A DNA stretch of 64,000 bases from Alphaproteobacteria bacterium (GCA_019235415.1 JAFAKN010000131.1:15219-79218), one strand, 5' to 3'. Positions 50,532 through 61,449 are shown, numbered from the stretch's first letter. Program-made: numbers and translations. The notes: a model not told the origin generated them from the sequence alone.

Positions 50532-51565
50532 CCCGGGATGCGGACCGCCGCGACCGTCGTTCCGCCAAAGGACGGAATGAAGGCGGAATGCTTCCCCGGA
50601 CCGCCGGCCACCGTGATGTGGATGTCCTGTGGCGAAGGCGCGATCGCGAACCAGTCGCCGTCGGGCTTGTGGCCGGTGCTGATGTAGGTGTCCTGGTTTT
50701 CCTTGGAAATGCGCGAGACGTGGACGCGCGCGCGCTTGAACAGCTCCTCGCGGATGCTGTCCAGCGTGTAGCCGTCCCGCTTCAAAGTCGCAGCATGCTC
50801 GGGCCCGACGACCACGAACATCGGCCCCTTGCCGTAGATCGTGTTGGCGCCCGGCGTCGCCATGCTGCCGGCGAAGGTCGTGAGCAGGCCATCGCCGGTC
50901 GTGCTGCCATGGTCGTTGAGATTGTGCGGCCCTTCGCCGGACATCACCGTCACCACGTTGTCGCTCGCAGCGAAGCCGCGCTGGACGTGGTAGGGCTGCC
51001 AAGGATTCTCCTCCTCGTTCTCGCCGAAGCAGAACGTGTACTTGGCGGGATTGCCCTGCGTCGAGCGGTCCATCTCGCCCGGCTTGGCACCGGCGATATT
51101 CAGAAGCATCAGCCCGAGCGCCCGACCGATCGTGGCGTTGGCCTGCCAGCCCTGGCCGAAACAGTTGGAGCCACAGTTGATGCCGAGCGCGCGGCGGATG
51201 GGTCCGCTCACCATGACCATCGGCGCGCAGGAATGCGTGGTCGCGAGCGTGCCGTGCAGGTTGTAGTCGGGGTCGAGCACGCCGCGCAGCGCGGCGGTCA
51301 CGACGGGGAAGTACTCCGGCTTGCAGCCGGCCATCACGGCGTTGGCCGCGAGGCTCTGCAAGGTGGGCACGATCTGGCGCGGCGGCACCGGCGCGAACGG
51401 CCGGTTGTCGCCGCGCACCGTGTCGACGAACTTCGCCACCTTGTCCTCGGTGGGCACGTAGAGCGGCATGCCGTCGCTCCAGCCCTGCTCGACGGCGAAG
51501 TCGTTGAACGCCTCGACATCGAGATCGGCGATCTCGATGACCTCCTGCTCGGCGATGTCCTTCAT
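50528..51565 (-). CDS. Uncharacterised protein, UGSC-operon partner (paralog A)
   Basis: SDGMPLYVPT, AGC, NCFG, GNPAKYTFCFGE, VAGGPG; ATG overlaps the selenoprotein stop. Confidence 0.82.
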   Translation of the reverse strand: MKDIAEQEVIEIADLDVEAFNDFAVEQGWSDGMPLYVPTEDKVAKFVDTVRGDNRPFAPVPPRQIVPTLQSLAANAVMAGCKPEYFPVVTAALRGVLDPDYNLHGTLATTHSCAPMVMVSGPIRRALGINCGSNCFGQGWQANATIGRALGLMLLNIAGAKPGEMDRSTQGNPAKYTFCFGENEEENPWQPYHVQRGFAASDNVVTVMSGEGPHNLNDHGSTTGDGLLTTFAGSMATPGANTIYGKGPMFVVVGPEHAATLKRDGYTLDSIREELFKRARVHVSRISKENQDTYISTGHKPDGDWFAIAPSPQDIHITVAGGPGKHSAFIPSFGGTTVAAVRIPG

Positions 51566-52083
51566 TGAGTATCCGTGGCCTCGGCCAGACCCTTGGTTGC
51601 GGTTTCGATGCGTTCCCGGAGCTCGTCGGCGTTCAGCCCGCCGATCGGATGCTTCACGACGATCAGCCGCGGCTCGACCTTGCGGGCCTTCGCCTGGGCC
51701 ATCACCAGCGGCCTGAACGTCTCAGTGGCGATCACGTAAGCGGTGATGCCGCGCTTCTCGAGCTCGATGCTGTCGTGGAAACTCCACGATGAACAGCTTC
51801 CTCAATCCGCTATCGCTAAAAGCGCCCCGCGGTACTTGGCGGCGACCTCCTCGAGCAGGTCCTTGGGGGCCGGCTGGCTGGCGCTGTTCTTGGCCAGGAA
51901 CTCGATGTTCTCGACCGGCCGGAAGGCGCCCAGCTTGCTGCGGATGCCGGCAAGCAGCTCGCGCGCGTTGGGCTTGGAATTGGACACCAGGGCAATGGCG
52001 TCGGTCCTCCAGTTGACCGGCTTCAGCGCGACCTTCTCGGCCGTGGTGGCCGAGAGACCGAACGTCGGATTGACGATGCGCAT
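51562..52083 (-). CDS. UGSC-family selenoprotein (173 aa; TGA at 51802-51804 read as Sec94)
   Basis: ORF continues in frame for 79 codons after the TGA (AIAD-U-GSCSSWSFHDSIELEKRGI...HPIGGL) to a stop overlapping the next ATG; SD GAGGAGG; SECIS-like hairpin follows. Confidence 0.85.
51769..51797 (-). promoter_or_regulatory. Putative bacterial SECIS element
   Basis: GCTG-TTCA-TCGTGGA-[GTT]-TCCACGA-CAGC; apical loop starts with G, 19 nt after the TGA. Confidence 0.7.
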
Positions 52084-52113
52084 GCACGTTCCTCCTCAAC
52101 TCTTGCCGAGGGC

Positions 52114-52983
52114 CTAGCTCTCGCCGAGCGCCTTGGCGATGGCGCGCCCGGCGCGCTCGCCGTCGGCGATCGCTTCGGCCAACGATTGCCGGGCGCCCAA
52201 CCGGATGTCGCCCACGGCGAACGCCGAAGCGACGGAGGTGCGGCCCTCGTCGTCGACCACGATATGCCCTGATGCGTCGCGTGCAAGCGAATCCGGCACG
52301 AATTCCGCAGCGGGAGCCCGGCCGACATAGACGAACGCGCCACTGGCCGGCAGGATCTTCCGCGCGCCATCAGTCTCCACCACGACGCTCTCCAGCCCGT
52401 TGCTGCCTTCGAGGGCCACGATGCGCCCAGCGATGCAGCGCATCCCGCCGGTCCCAGTCGGCGGCGCAGGGTCGACGACCGTGACGTCGTCGGTGAACGA
52501 CTTCAGCTCCTCCGCTTCCTGCCAGCCCCAGTTGGCGGCGCCGACGACAACGACCGGCTGGCCGGCATAGAGCGGTCCATCGCACGAGGCGCAGTGCGAG
52601 ACGCCGCGCCCTTCGTAGTCCTCCTCGCCGTCGACTCCCAGTCGTCCCTTGGCAAGGCCGCTTGCGATCACGACCGAGCGCGCCGTGTGGCGCTCGCCTT
52701 CGGCGGTTTCGACAGCCCACGGCGCGCTGCCCGAGAGCTGCGTGACTTCGCCGAAGCCGAGCTCGACGCCGGCTTCGGTCGCCGCGTCGCTGAGGCGCGC
52801 CGCGATCGTCGGTCCGTCCGCGGCGTCTTCCACATTGTGCAAGTGGGTGAGGTTGATCAGCGCCCCACCCGGCGCGAGCTTGTCGAGGCAGAGCGTGCGC
52901 AGGCCAGCTTGTGCCGCCTGCGTCGCGGCACTGAGGCCGGCCGGACCGGCACCGATGACGACGACATCGTACGAAGTTTCCAT
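52114..52983 (-). CDS. Thioredoxin reductase-like FAD oxidoreductase (atypical nicotinamide site)
   Basis: GAGPAG, GRGVSHCASCDG (CxxC), FAVGD; NADPH motif altered. Confidence 0.85.
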   Translation of the reverse strand: METSYDVVVIGAGPAGLSAATQAAQAGLRTLCLDKLAPGGALINLTHLHNVEDAADGPTIAARLSDAATEAGVELGFGEVTQLSGSAPWAVETAEGERHTARSVVIASGLAKGRLGVDGEEDYEGRGVSHCASCDGPLYAGQPVVVVGAANWGWQEAEELKSFTDDVTVVDPAPPTGTGGMRCIAGRIVALEGSNGLESVVVETDGARKILPASGAFVYVGRAPAAEFVPDSLARDASGHIVVDDEGRTSVASAFAVGDIRLGARQSLAEAIADGERAGRAIAKALGES

Positions 52984-52989
52984 CGTGCC

Positions 52990-53063
52990 ACTAATCGATC
53001 TTCCGCTACGAAGTGCAAGCGGCTTGACTCGGAACGGCCACATACCTAGTAATGCTAGGTATG
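52990..53063. promoter_or_regulatory. Back-to-back promoters and PadR-type operator
   Basis: Minus: TTGCAC-N17-ATTAGT, 6 nt before the reductase ATG. Plus: TTGACT-N17-TAGTAA(T), 7-8 nt before the padR ATG. Perfect inverted repeat CATACCTAG-TAATG-CTAGGTATG at 53041-53063. Confidence 0.65.
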
Positions 53064-53396
53064 GATGCGGAGATGCTCAAAGGTCACCTCGACGCCATCG
53101 TCCTGGCGGCGCTCGAAGCAGGTCCGGCGCACGGCTACGCGGTCATCGAGACCATCCGGGCGCGCAGCGGCCAGACGTTCGATCTGCCGGAAGGCACGAT
53201 CTATCCGGCACTGCACCGCCTGGAGCAGGCGGGGCTGCTGTCGAGCAGCTGGACGACGCCGCCCAGCGGCCGACGACGGCGCGTCTATTCCCTGACCAAG
53301 GCCGGGGCAGCAGCACTCGCCCGGCGTCGCAAGGACTGGACTCGGTTTGCGGGCGCCGTCGACAGCTTCCTCGGGGGACGCGCATGGCCGGCCTGA
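53061..53396 (+). CDS. PadR family transcriptional regulator
   Basis: LKGHLDAIVL, HGYAVI, EGTIYPALHRLE, RRRVYSLT. Confidence 0.92.
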   Translation: MDAEMLKGHLDAIVLAALEAGPAHGYAVIETIRARSGQTFDLPEGTIYPALHRLEQAGLLSSSWTTPPSGRRRRVYSLTKAGAAALARRRKDWTRFAGAVDSFLGGRAWPA

Positions 53397-53998
53397 TCGA
53401 GACCTATGTCGCCGACTTGCGCCGCGAGCTCGACTTCGACCGGCTTGCCGCTCAGCGCATCGCGAACGAGGTCGAGGACCATTTGCGCGAGTCGGCCGAG
53501 GCCGATCCAGCCTGGCCATCGCCGGACGCGGAGCGCCGGGCGATCGAGCGCTTCGGGCTCGGCCGCGAGATCGCCGCGCAATTCGCCGCCGACGCCATCG
53601 ATCGGCAGGCGCGGCGAACGTGGATGACGGTGTTGGCCTGTGTGATCGTGACGTTTGTCGCCATGCGCCTGCGCGTGATCTGGCTCGATGGCGAGACGGT
53701 CTCGGCCTTGGCGCCGTTGGTCGATCGATATGCCTTTCTCGGCGCCATCGCCGCCGCGACCGTGGGCTGGTTCGCGTTGCGCCGGTCGTTGCTGGCGCTG
53801 TCGCTCTGTCTTGTCGGCCTGGGCGCATCGATTGCCGCGGGCTTCGTGCGCGCGGACCTGTTCGCGCACGGGGCGCCGCTCGGCGTGCTGCTGACGGCAG
53901 GCGGCGAAATCCTGTTGGTCGGCTTGCTCTGCGTCCATCTCGTCGGCTTCGGCCGGCAGCTGCGGCGCACGGCGGCATTACGGGGAGCTCTGCGATGA
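53384..53998 (+). CDS. PadR-associated membrane protein
   Basis: N-terminal YV..L...I..EVEDHL.E...AIERFG motif followed by about 4 TM segments. Confidence 0.72.
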   Translation: MAGLIETYVADLRRELDFDRLAAQRIANEVEDHLRESAEADPAWPSPDAERRAIERFGLGREIAAQFAADAIDRQARRTWMTVLACVIVTFVAMRLRVIWLDGETVSALAPLVDRYAFLGAIAAATVGWFALRRSLLALSLCLVGLGASIAAGFVRADLFAHGAPLGVLLTAGGEILLVGLLCVHLVGFGRQLRRTAALRGALR

Positions 53999-54585
53999 AC
54001 GGTTGGCGCTTGACGGGTCTTCTGTCGCTTGTGCTGCTGGCGATGTCGCTTGCACTGGGGACGTTGCACGCCTGGGATATGGAAAGCGTCCGTCTGGTGA
54101 TCCGAGCGACGGCGCGCACCTCGCTGGTGCTGTTCGTGCTGGCCTTCACGGCGGGCGCCATGGCGCAGCTCGCGCCGGGCGAGGTTACGCGCTGGCAGCG
54201 GCGCAACCGGCGCTATCTAGGGGTGTCGTTCGCCGTCTCGCACTTCATCCATCTCGCGGCGATCCTCAGCCTCGCGGCGTTCGACAATGCGCTGTTCTGG
54301 AAGCTTACCAACGTCATGACCATCGTCCTCGCAGGCACCGCGTACCTGTTCATCGCGGCGATGACCGCGACATCCTTCGATCGCACGGCCGCCTGGCTCG
54401 GGCCACGGCGCTGGCGGCTGCTGCATCTGGTCGGCAGCTGGTACATCTGGCTGAGCTTCGCCGTCGCGATCGGCAAGCGCGTGCCGCTCGACCGCTTCTA
54501 CTGGCCGCTGGCGGCGCTCGTGCTGGCGGCAGCGGGCGTGCGGCTGATCGCGATGACACGGCGCAACCGACGCGCGCTCGCTTAA
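53995..54585 (+). CDS. Ferric reductase-like transmembrane (MsrQ-like) protein
   Basis: RRYLGVSFAVSHFIHL and WRLLHLVG with candidate heme His ligands. Confidence 0.72.
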   Translation: MNGWRLTGLLSLVLLAMSLALGTLHAWDMESVRLVIRATARTSLVLFVLAFTAGAMAQLAPGEVTRWQRRNRRYLGVSFAVSHFIHLAAILSLAAFDNALFWKLTNVMTIVLAGTAYLFIAAMTATSFDRTAAWLGPRRWRLLHLVGSWYIWLSFAVAIGKRVPLDRFYWPLAALVLAAAGVRLIAMTRRNRRALA

Positions 54586-54616
54586 TCGCCGCCGCTCTCA
54601 CCGCGAGCGTAGCCTT

Positions 54617-54720
54617 TGTCATCCCGAGCGTAGCGAGGGATCCTTTAGGGCAAGGGGAAAGATCGCTCGCTTGCGCTCGGGATGACAGAGACGCTTGCGC
54701 TCGGGATGACAGAGACGCTT
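54617..54720. repeat. REP-like family A copy with tandemly duplicated right arm
   Basis: 24-bp unit CGCTTGCGCTCGGGATGACAGAGA at 54668-54691 and 54692-54715. Confidence 0.9.
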
Positions 54721-54871
54721 CGCTAACAGCCGCGGTGCGGGCCTCCTGGTCCGCGAATTGCACGCCTCTCCTCGCGGTCGTCCACCCACTTGTCCCCGAC
54801 CCGGCCGAAGACTTCGCTTGCATGGCTTGCCGGAAGCGTCGTAGGTCGCAGGGTCGGGGAAACGCGAGGCT

Positions 54872-55786
<915 letters not shown>

Positions 55787-55787
55787 C

Positions 55788-57208
<1,421 letters not shown>

Positions 57209-57212
<4 letters not shown>

Positions 57213-58024
57213 CCCTGGCCGAGGCCCCGCTGATCGAGGTCGAGCACCTCACGATGCGCTTCGGCGGCCTGATAGCGGTCGACGACGTTTCCTTCAGCGG
57301 CCGGCCGTGCGCGATCACCGCCATCATCGGCCCCAACGGCGCCGGCAAAACCACGGTGTTCAACTGCATCACCGGCTTCTACAAGCCGACCATCGGTCGG
57401 CTGCGGCTGCGCGGCGAGCGCGAGTACCTGCTGGAGCGCATGCTGGGCCACGAGATCGGCCAGCACGCCCGCGTCGCGCGCACCTTCCAGAACATCCGGC
57501 TGTTTCCCGCCATGACCGTGCTGGAGAACCTCCTGGTGGCGCAGCATAACAAGCTGATGCTGGCCTCCGGCATGAGCGTGTTCGGCCTGCTCGGGCTGCC
57601 GGTCTATCGCCAGGCCGAGCAGGCGGCGATCGCCTTCGCGCGCGACTGGCTGGAGCGCATCGGGCTCGTCGCGATGGCCGACCGTCCGGCCGGCGAGCTG
57701 CCTTATGGCGCGCAGCGGCGGCTCGAGATCGCCCGCGCCATGTGCACCGAGCCCCGGCTGCTCTGCCTCGACGAGCCGGCCGCGGGCCTCAATCCGCGCG
57801 AATCGGCCGAGCTCAACCAGCTGCTGCTGTCGATCCGCGACCGCGACGGCATCGGCGTGCTCCTGATCGAGCACGACATGAGCGTGGTCATGAGCATCTC
57901 CAACCACGTCGTGGTGCTCGACTACGGCCGCAAGATCGCCGAAGGCCCGCCGGCCGAGGTGCAGCGCGATCCGGCCGTGATCCGCGCCTATCTCGGCACC
58001 GATGACGAGGCGATCGATGGCTGA
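57209..58024 (+). CDS. livG: Branched-chain amino acid ABC ATP-binding protein
   Basis: [31 protein letters not shown]. Confidence 0.93.
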
Positions 58025-58745
58025 GGCGCCGATGCTCGCCGTGCGGGGCCTGACCACGTTCTACGGCGCCATCCAGGCTTTGCACGGTGTCGACCTCGAG
58101 GTCGCCAAGGGCGAGATCGTCACCCTGATCGGCGCCAACGGTGCGGGAAAGTCGACGCTGTTGATGACGATCTGCGGCAATCCGCGGGCGCGCTCGGGCA
58201 CCGTGGTGATGGACGGCGAGGACATCACGGGCCTCGCCACGCACGAGATCGTCCGGCGCGGCGTGGCGCAAGTTCCCGAAGGGCGGCGCATCTTCCCGCG
58301 CATGAGCGTCTACGAGAACCTGCAAATGGGCGCCACACTGGCCGATCCGGCGCACTTCGACGGCGACCTGGAGCGTGCCTTCACCATGTTCCCGCGGCTC
58401 GCCGAGCGGCGCGACCAGCGTGGCGGAACGCTGTCCGGCGGTGAGCAGCAGATGCTGGCCATCGCTCGCGCCCTGATGAGCCGGCCGCGCCTGTTGCTGC
58501 TCGACGAGCCGTCGCTTGGCCTCGCACCGCTGATCGTGCGCCAGATCTTCGAGGCGATCGGCCGGATCGCGAGAGAGGAGGGGGTCACCATCTTCCTGGT
58601 CGAGCAGAATGCCTTCCATGCGCTCCGGCTCGCCCACCGAGGCTACGTGCTGGCCAACGGCCGGGTACGGCTGAGCGGCACGGGCCGCGAGCTTTTGGCC
58701 AACGCCGAGGTGCGGGCGGCTTACCTCGAAGGCGGGCATGCATGA
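58017..58745 (+). CDS. livF: Branched-chain amino acid ABC ATP-binding protein
   Basis: GANGAGKS, VPEGRRIF, LSGGEQQ, LDEPSLGL. Confidence 0.93.
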   Translation: MAEAPMLAVRGLTTFYGAIQALHGVDLEVAKGEIVTLIGANGAGKSTLLMTICGNPRARSGTVVMDGEDITGLATHEIVRRGVAQVPEGRRIFPRMSVYENLQMGATLADPAHFDGDLERAFTMFPRLAERRDQRGGTLSGGEQQMLAIARALMSRPRLLLLDEPSLGLAPLIVRQIFEAIGRIAREEGVTIFLVEQNAFHALRLAHRGYVLANGRVRLSGTGRELLANAEVRAAYLEGGHA

Positions 58746-59104
58746 GCCCGGTCGACGAATTCTTCTACGAATGGTGCGGCGACACGCTGCTTCTCGTCGT
58801 CCTCTACAATTTCGTGCTGATCGGGCCGGCCTCATTCGCCGCCGGACATGCCGTCGCGATCGCGTGGCGCCCCTGGAACCGCATAATCTTCTACACGCTG
58901 CTGCTTTCAGCGCTGCTGCGCTTTCTCGATTACGCGCTGGCCAACGGCGAGTTGTGGTCGCTGGGCGGCTTTCTGCTGGGCTGGCTGGTACAGCTGGCGA
59001 TCGCGGGCTTCGCCTTTCAGCTGACGCGTGCGCGGCTGATGGTGCGGCAATATCCATGGCTCTACCAGCGCAAAGGCTTGCTGCGCTGGGAGGAGCGGCA
59101 CTAA
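58742..59104 (+). CDS. Small membrane protein embedded in the liv operon
   Basis: Translationally coupled to livF; about 3 TM segments; AWRPW, RFLDYAL, QYPWLY. Confidence 0.75.
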   Translation: MSPVDEFFYEWCGDTLLLVVLYNFVLIGPASFAAGHAVAIAWRPWNRIIFYTLLLSALLRFLDYALANGELWSLGGFLLGWLVQLAIAGFAFQLTRARLMVRQYPWLYQRKGLLRWEERH

Positions 59105-59161
59105 TCTCGTCCGAGTGCTCCACAACCCGTGGAGACCGGGGGTCAACAAGGGAGTCTCTGC

Positions 59162-60277
59162 ATGAAGAGGACTTTAGGCGCGCTTGCAGTGGCCGCCATC
59201 GCCATGATGGCGCAGCCGGCGCTGGCGCAGATCAAGATCGGCGTGGTCGGTCCGATCACCGGCCAATACGCCGCGTTCGGCGAGCAGATGGTCAAGGGCG
59301 CCACCATGGCGGTCGACGAGATCAACGCCGCGGGCGGCGTCCTGGGCCAGAAGGTCGAGCTGCTGACCGGCGACGATGCCTGCGATCCCAAGCAGGCGAC
59401 CGCGGTCGCCAACAAGATGGTGTCCGACAAGGTGGTGTTCGTGGCCGGCCACTTCTGCTCGGGCTCGTCGATCCCGGCCTCGGACATCTACAAGGAAGGC
59501 AAGGTCCTGCAGATCACGCCGGCCTCGACCAATCCCAAGCTGACCGACGATGCCGCCGGCAAGGGCAACACGACGGTGTTCCGCACCTGCGGCCGCGACG
59601 ACGTGCAGGGCGCCACGGTCGGCGCCTACATCCTGAAGAACTTCAAGAACGCCAAGGTCGCGATCCTTCACGACAAGTCGCCCTACGGCAAAGGCGTCGC
59701 CGACGAGACCAAGAAGGCGATCAACAAGGGCGGCCTCAAGGAGGCGATGTACGAGGCCTACAACGACACCGACAAGGACTTCACCGCGCTGATCAACAAG
59801 ATGAAGCAGGCCAAGATCGACGTCATCGTGCTGGGCGGCTACCACACCGCCGGCGCGCTGATGATCAAGCAGGCCCGCGAGCAGGGGCTGACGGCGCAGA
59901 TGATGGGCTTCGATTCGCTCGAAACCGCCGAGTTCTCCCAGCTGGGCGGCGCGGCGACCAACGGCGTGCTGATGTCGTTCCCGCCCAAGGCCGAGGACGA
60001 TCCCAAGAATGCCGCGCTGGTGAAGAAGTTCCGTGACGCCAAGTACAACCCGGAAGGCTACACCCTGTTCACCTACGCCGCGGTGAAGGTGTGGGCCGAT
60101 GCCGCCAACAAGGCCAAGTCGACCGATCCGGCGGCGATCGCCAAGGTGCTGCGCAGCGGCAAGTTCGACAGCGCCGTGGGCGTCCTGGAGTTCGACCAGA
60201 AGGGCGACATCAAGAACCCGGTGTACGACATCTACGTCTGGAAGGACGGCAAGTCGTCGCCGATGGCGAAGAAGTAG
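59162..60277 (+). CDS. Branched-chain amino acid ABC substrate-binding protein (LivJ/LivK family)
   Basis: Signal peptide; GPITG, DDACDPKQA, GHFCSGSSIPAS, RTCGRDD. Confidence 0.93.
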   Translation: MKRTLGALAVAAIAMMAQPALAQIKIGVVGPITGQYAAFGEQMVKGATMAVDEINAAGGVLGQKVELLTGDDACDPKQATAVANKMVSDKVVFVAGHFCSGSSIPASDIYKEGKVLQITPASTNPKLTDDAAGKGNTTVFRTCGRDDVQGATVGAYILKNFKNAKVAILHDKSPYGKGVADETKKAINKGGLKEAMYEAYNDTDKDFTALINKMKQAKIDVIVLGGYHTAGALMIKQAREQGLTAQMMGFDSLETAEFSQLGGAATNGVLMSFPPKAEDDPKNAALVKKFRDAKYNPEGYTLFTYAAVKVWADAANKAKSTDPAAIAKVLRSGKFDSAVGVLEFDQKGDIKNPVYDIYVWKDGKSSPMAKK

Positions 60278-60327
60278 ACCTTTCATATTCCTCTCCCCCG
60301 TGCGGGGGAGAGGAGGCTTAAAGGCAG

Positions 60328-60357
60328 AGGGCCCGCTTCGGCGGGCCCTTTTGCTTT
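60328..60357 (+). terminator. Intrinsic terminator after the liv operon
   Basis: AGGGCCCGC-TTCG-GCGGGCCCT followed by TTTGCTTT. Confidence 0.85.
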
Positions 60358-60941
60358 CAGACCGGCTTGAAGCGCAGTCGCCGCAGCGCGCTCGGCGTCC
60401 GTCCGTAAATCTCGGCAAAGACCGCATTGAAGCGCCGCAGGCTGGCGAAGCCGGCGCGGGCCGCCACCTCGGTCATCGGCAGAGCAGTCTCGTCGAGCAG
60501 GCGTTTGGCCCGCTGCACCCGCGCGGTGCGAGCCACCTGCGAGGGGCTGGCGCCGACGTGCTTGCGCAGCAGGCGGTCGAGATGGCGTGGCCCAATCCCC
60601 AGCCGCGCGGCAAGGGCGTTGACGCCTGCTCGGTCCAGCGCCCCGCCGCGGATCAGGCGCATGGCCTTCTGCGCCGTGGTGCGCGAGCCGAGCCAGGCCG
60701 GCGAGAAAGGGGCGGCTTCCGGCCGGCAGCGCAGGCAGGGCCGGTAGCCCGCTACTTCCGCAGCCGCCGCAGTAGCGAAGAACGTCACGTTCCGGGCTTT
60801 GGCGGGTCGCACCGGACACACCGGGCGGCAATAGATCCCCGTCGTTCGCACGCCCGAAAAGAACAAGCCGTCATAGCGCCGATCGCGCTGCGTGCGGGCG
60901 CGTTCGCATTCGCGCGGGTCGAGAGTCAAGGTTGGCGCCAT
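60357..60941 (-). CDS. Ada metal-binding domain + AraC HTH regulator
   Basis: TTGIYCRPVCP, YRPCLRCRP (four Zn Cys), RHLDRLL, GFASLRRFN; no methyltransferase C-terminal domain. Confidence 0.9.
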   Translation of the reverse strand: MAPTLTLDPRECERARTQRDRRYDGLFFSGVRTTGIYCRPVCPVRPAKARNVTFFATAAAAEVAGYRPCLRCRPEAAPFSPAWLGSRTTAQKAMRLIRGGALDRAGVNALAARLGIGPRHLDRLLRKHVGASPSQVARTARVQRAKRLLDETALPMTEVAARAGFASLRRFNAVFAEIYGRTPSALRRLRFKPV

Positions 60942-60999
60942 GGCGATGGAGTCCGATTCCGGCCAGTCGAGTGAAGTCGCGCATGTTAGGTCGCCTGTC

Positions 61000-61095
61000 A
61001 TGCCGGTCAATGTCCTGGACAATCCGGTGTGGCACGCCCTCGTCGGGCCGCATCGTCATCTCGCGTTGGGTCGCGGCGCTGCCCGCCATTTCGAT
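61000..61095 (+). pseudogene. N-terminal remnant of a GNAT acetyltransferase
   Basis: MPVNVLDNPVWHALVGPHRHLA resembles a GNAT N-terminus; coding similarity ends just before a repeat cluster. Confidence 0.5.
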
Positions 61096-61181
61096 CTTCC
61101 TAATGTAAAGATTCATTTCGCCTCCCCCGTCCTACGAGGGAGGTGGTGCGAAGCCCCGGAGGGGCAGAGGACGAGCACTCC

Positions 61182-61250
61182 TGTCATCCCGAGCGGAGCG
61201 AGGGATCCTTAAGGCAACAGGAAAGATCCCTCGCTCCGCTCGGGATGACA
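61182..61250. repeat. REP-like family A copy flanked by family B halves
   Basis: TGTCATCCCGAGCGGAGCGAGGGATC...GATCCCTCGCTCCGCTCGGGATGACA. Confidence 0.92.
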
Positions 61251-61449
61251 GTGAGTCGCCTTCCCCCTCCGCCGCGCAAGACGCGGCTCCTCCCCCGTAA
61301 GACGGCGGAGGTGGATGGGAGGTCGACCGATTTACCCTCGCGGAATCAGTGTCTTGTGCGCCTTTTCCCACGATGTAGCGGAATCGTGACAGAGGCACCC
61401 CGGATATGGTAACCGGTATATCAACAGGTAGAAGGGATCGATAGTCGGA

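Noticed and set aside
51802-52083. 93-aa ORF called as a complete small protein, with a separate downstream fragment
   Set aside because: Better explained as the N-terminal part of one selenoprotein read through the TGA
54668-54720. CRISPR-like direct repeats
   Set aside because: Adjacent 24-bp duplicates with no spacers; part of a REP arm; no cas genes
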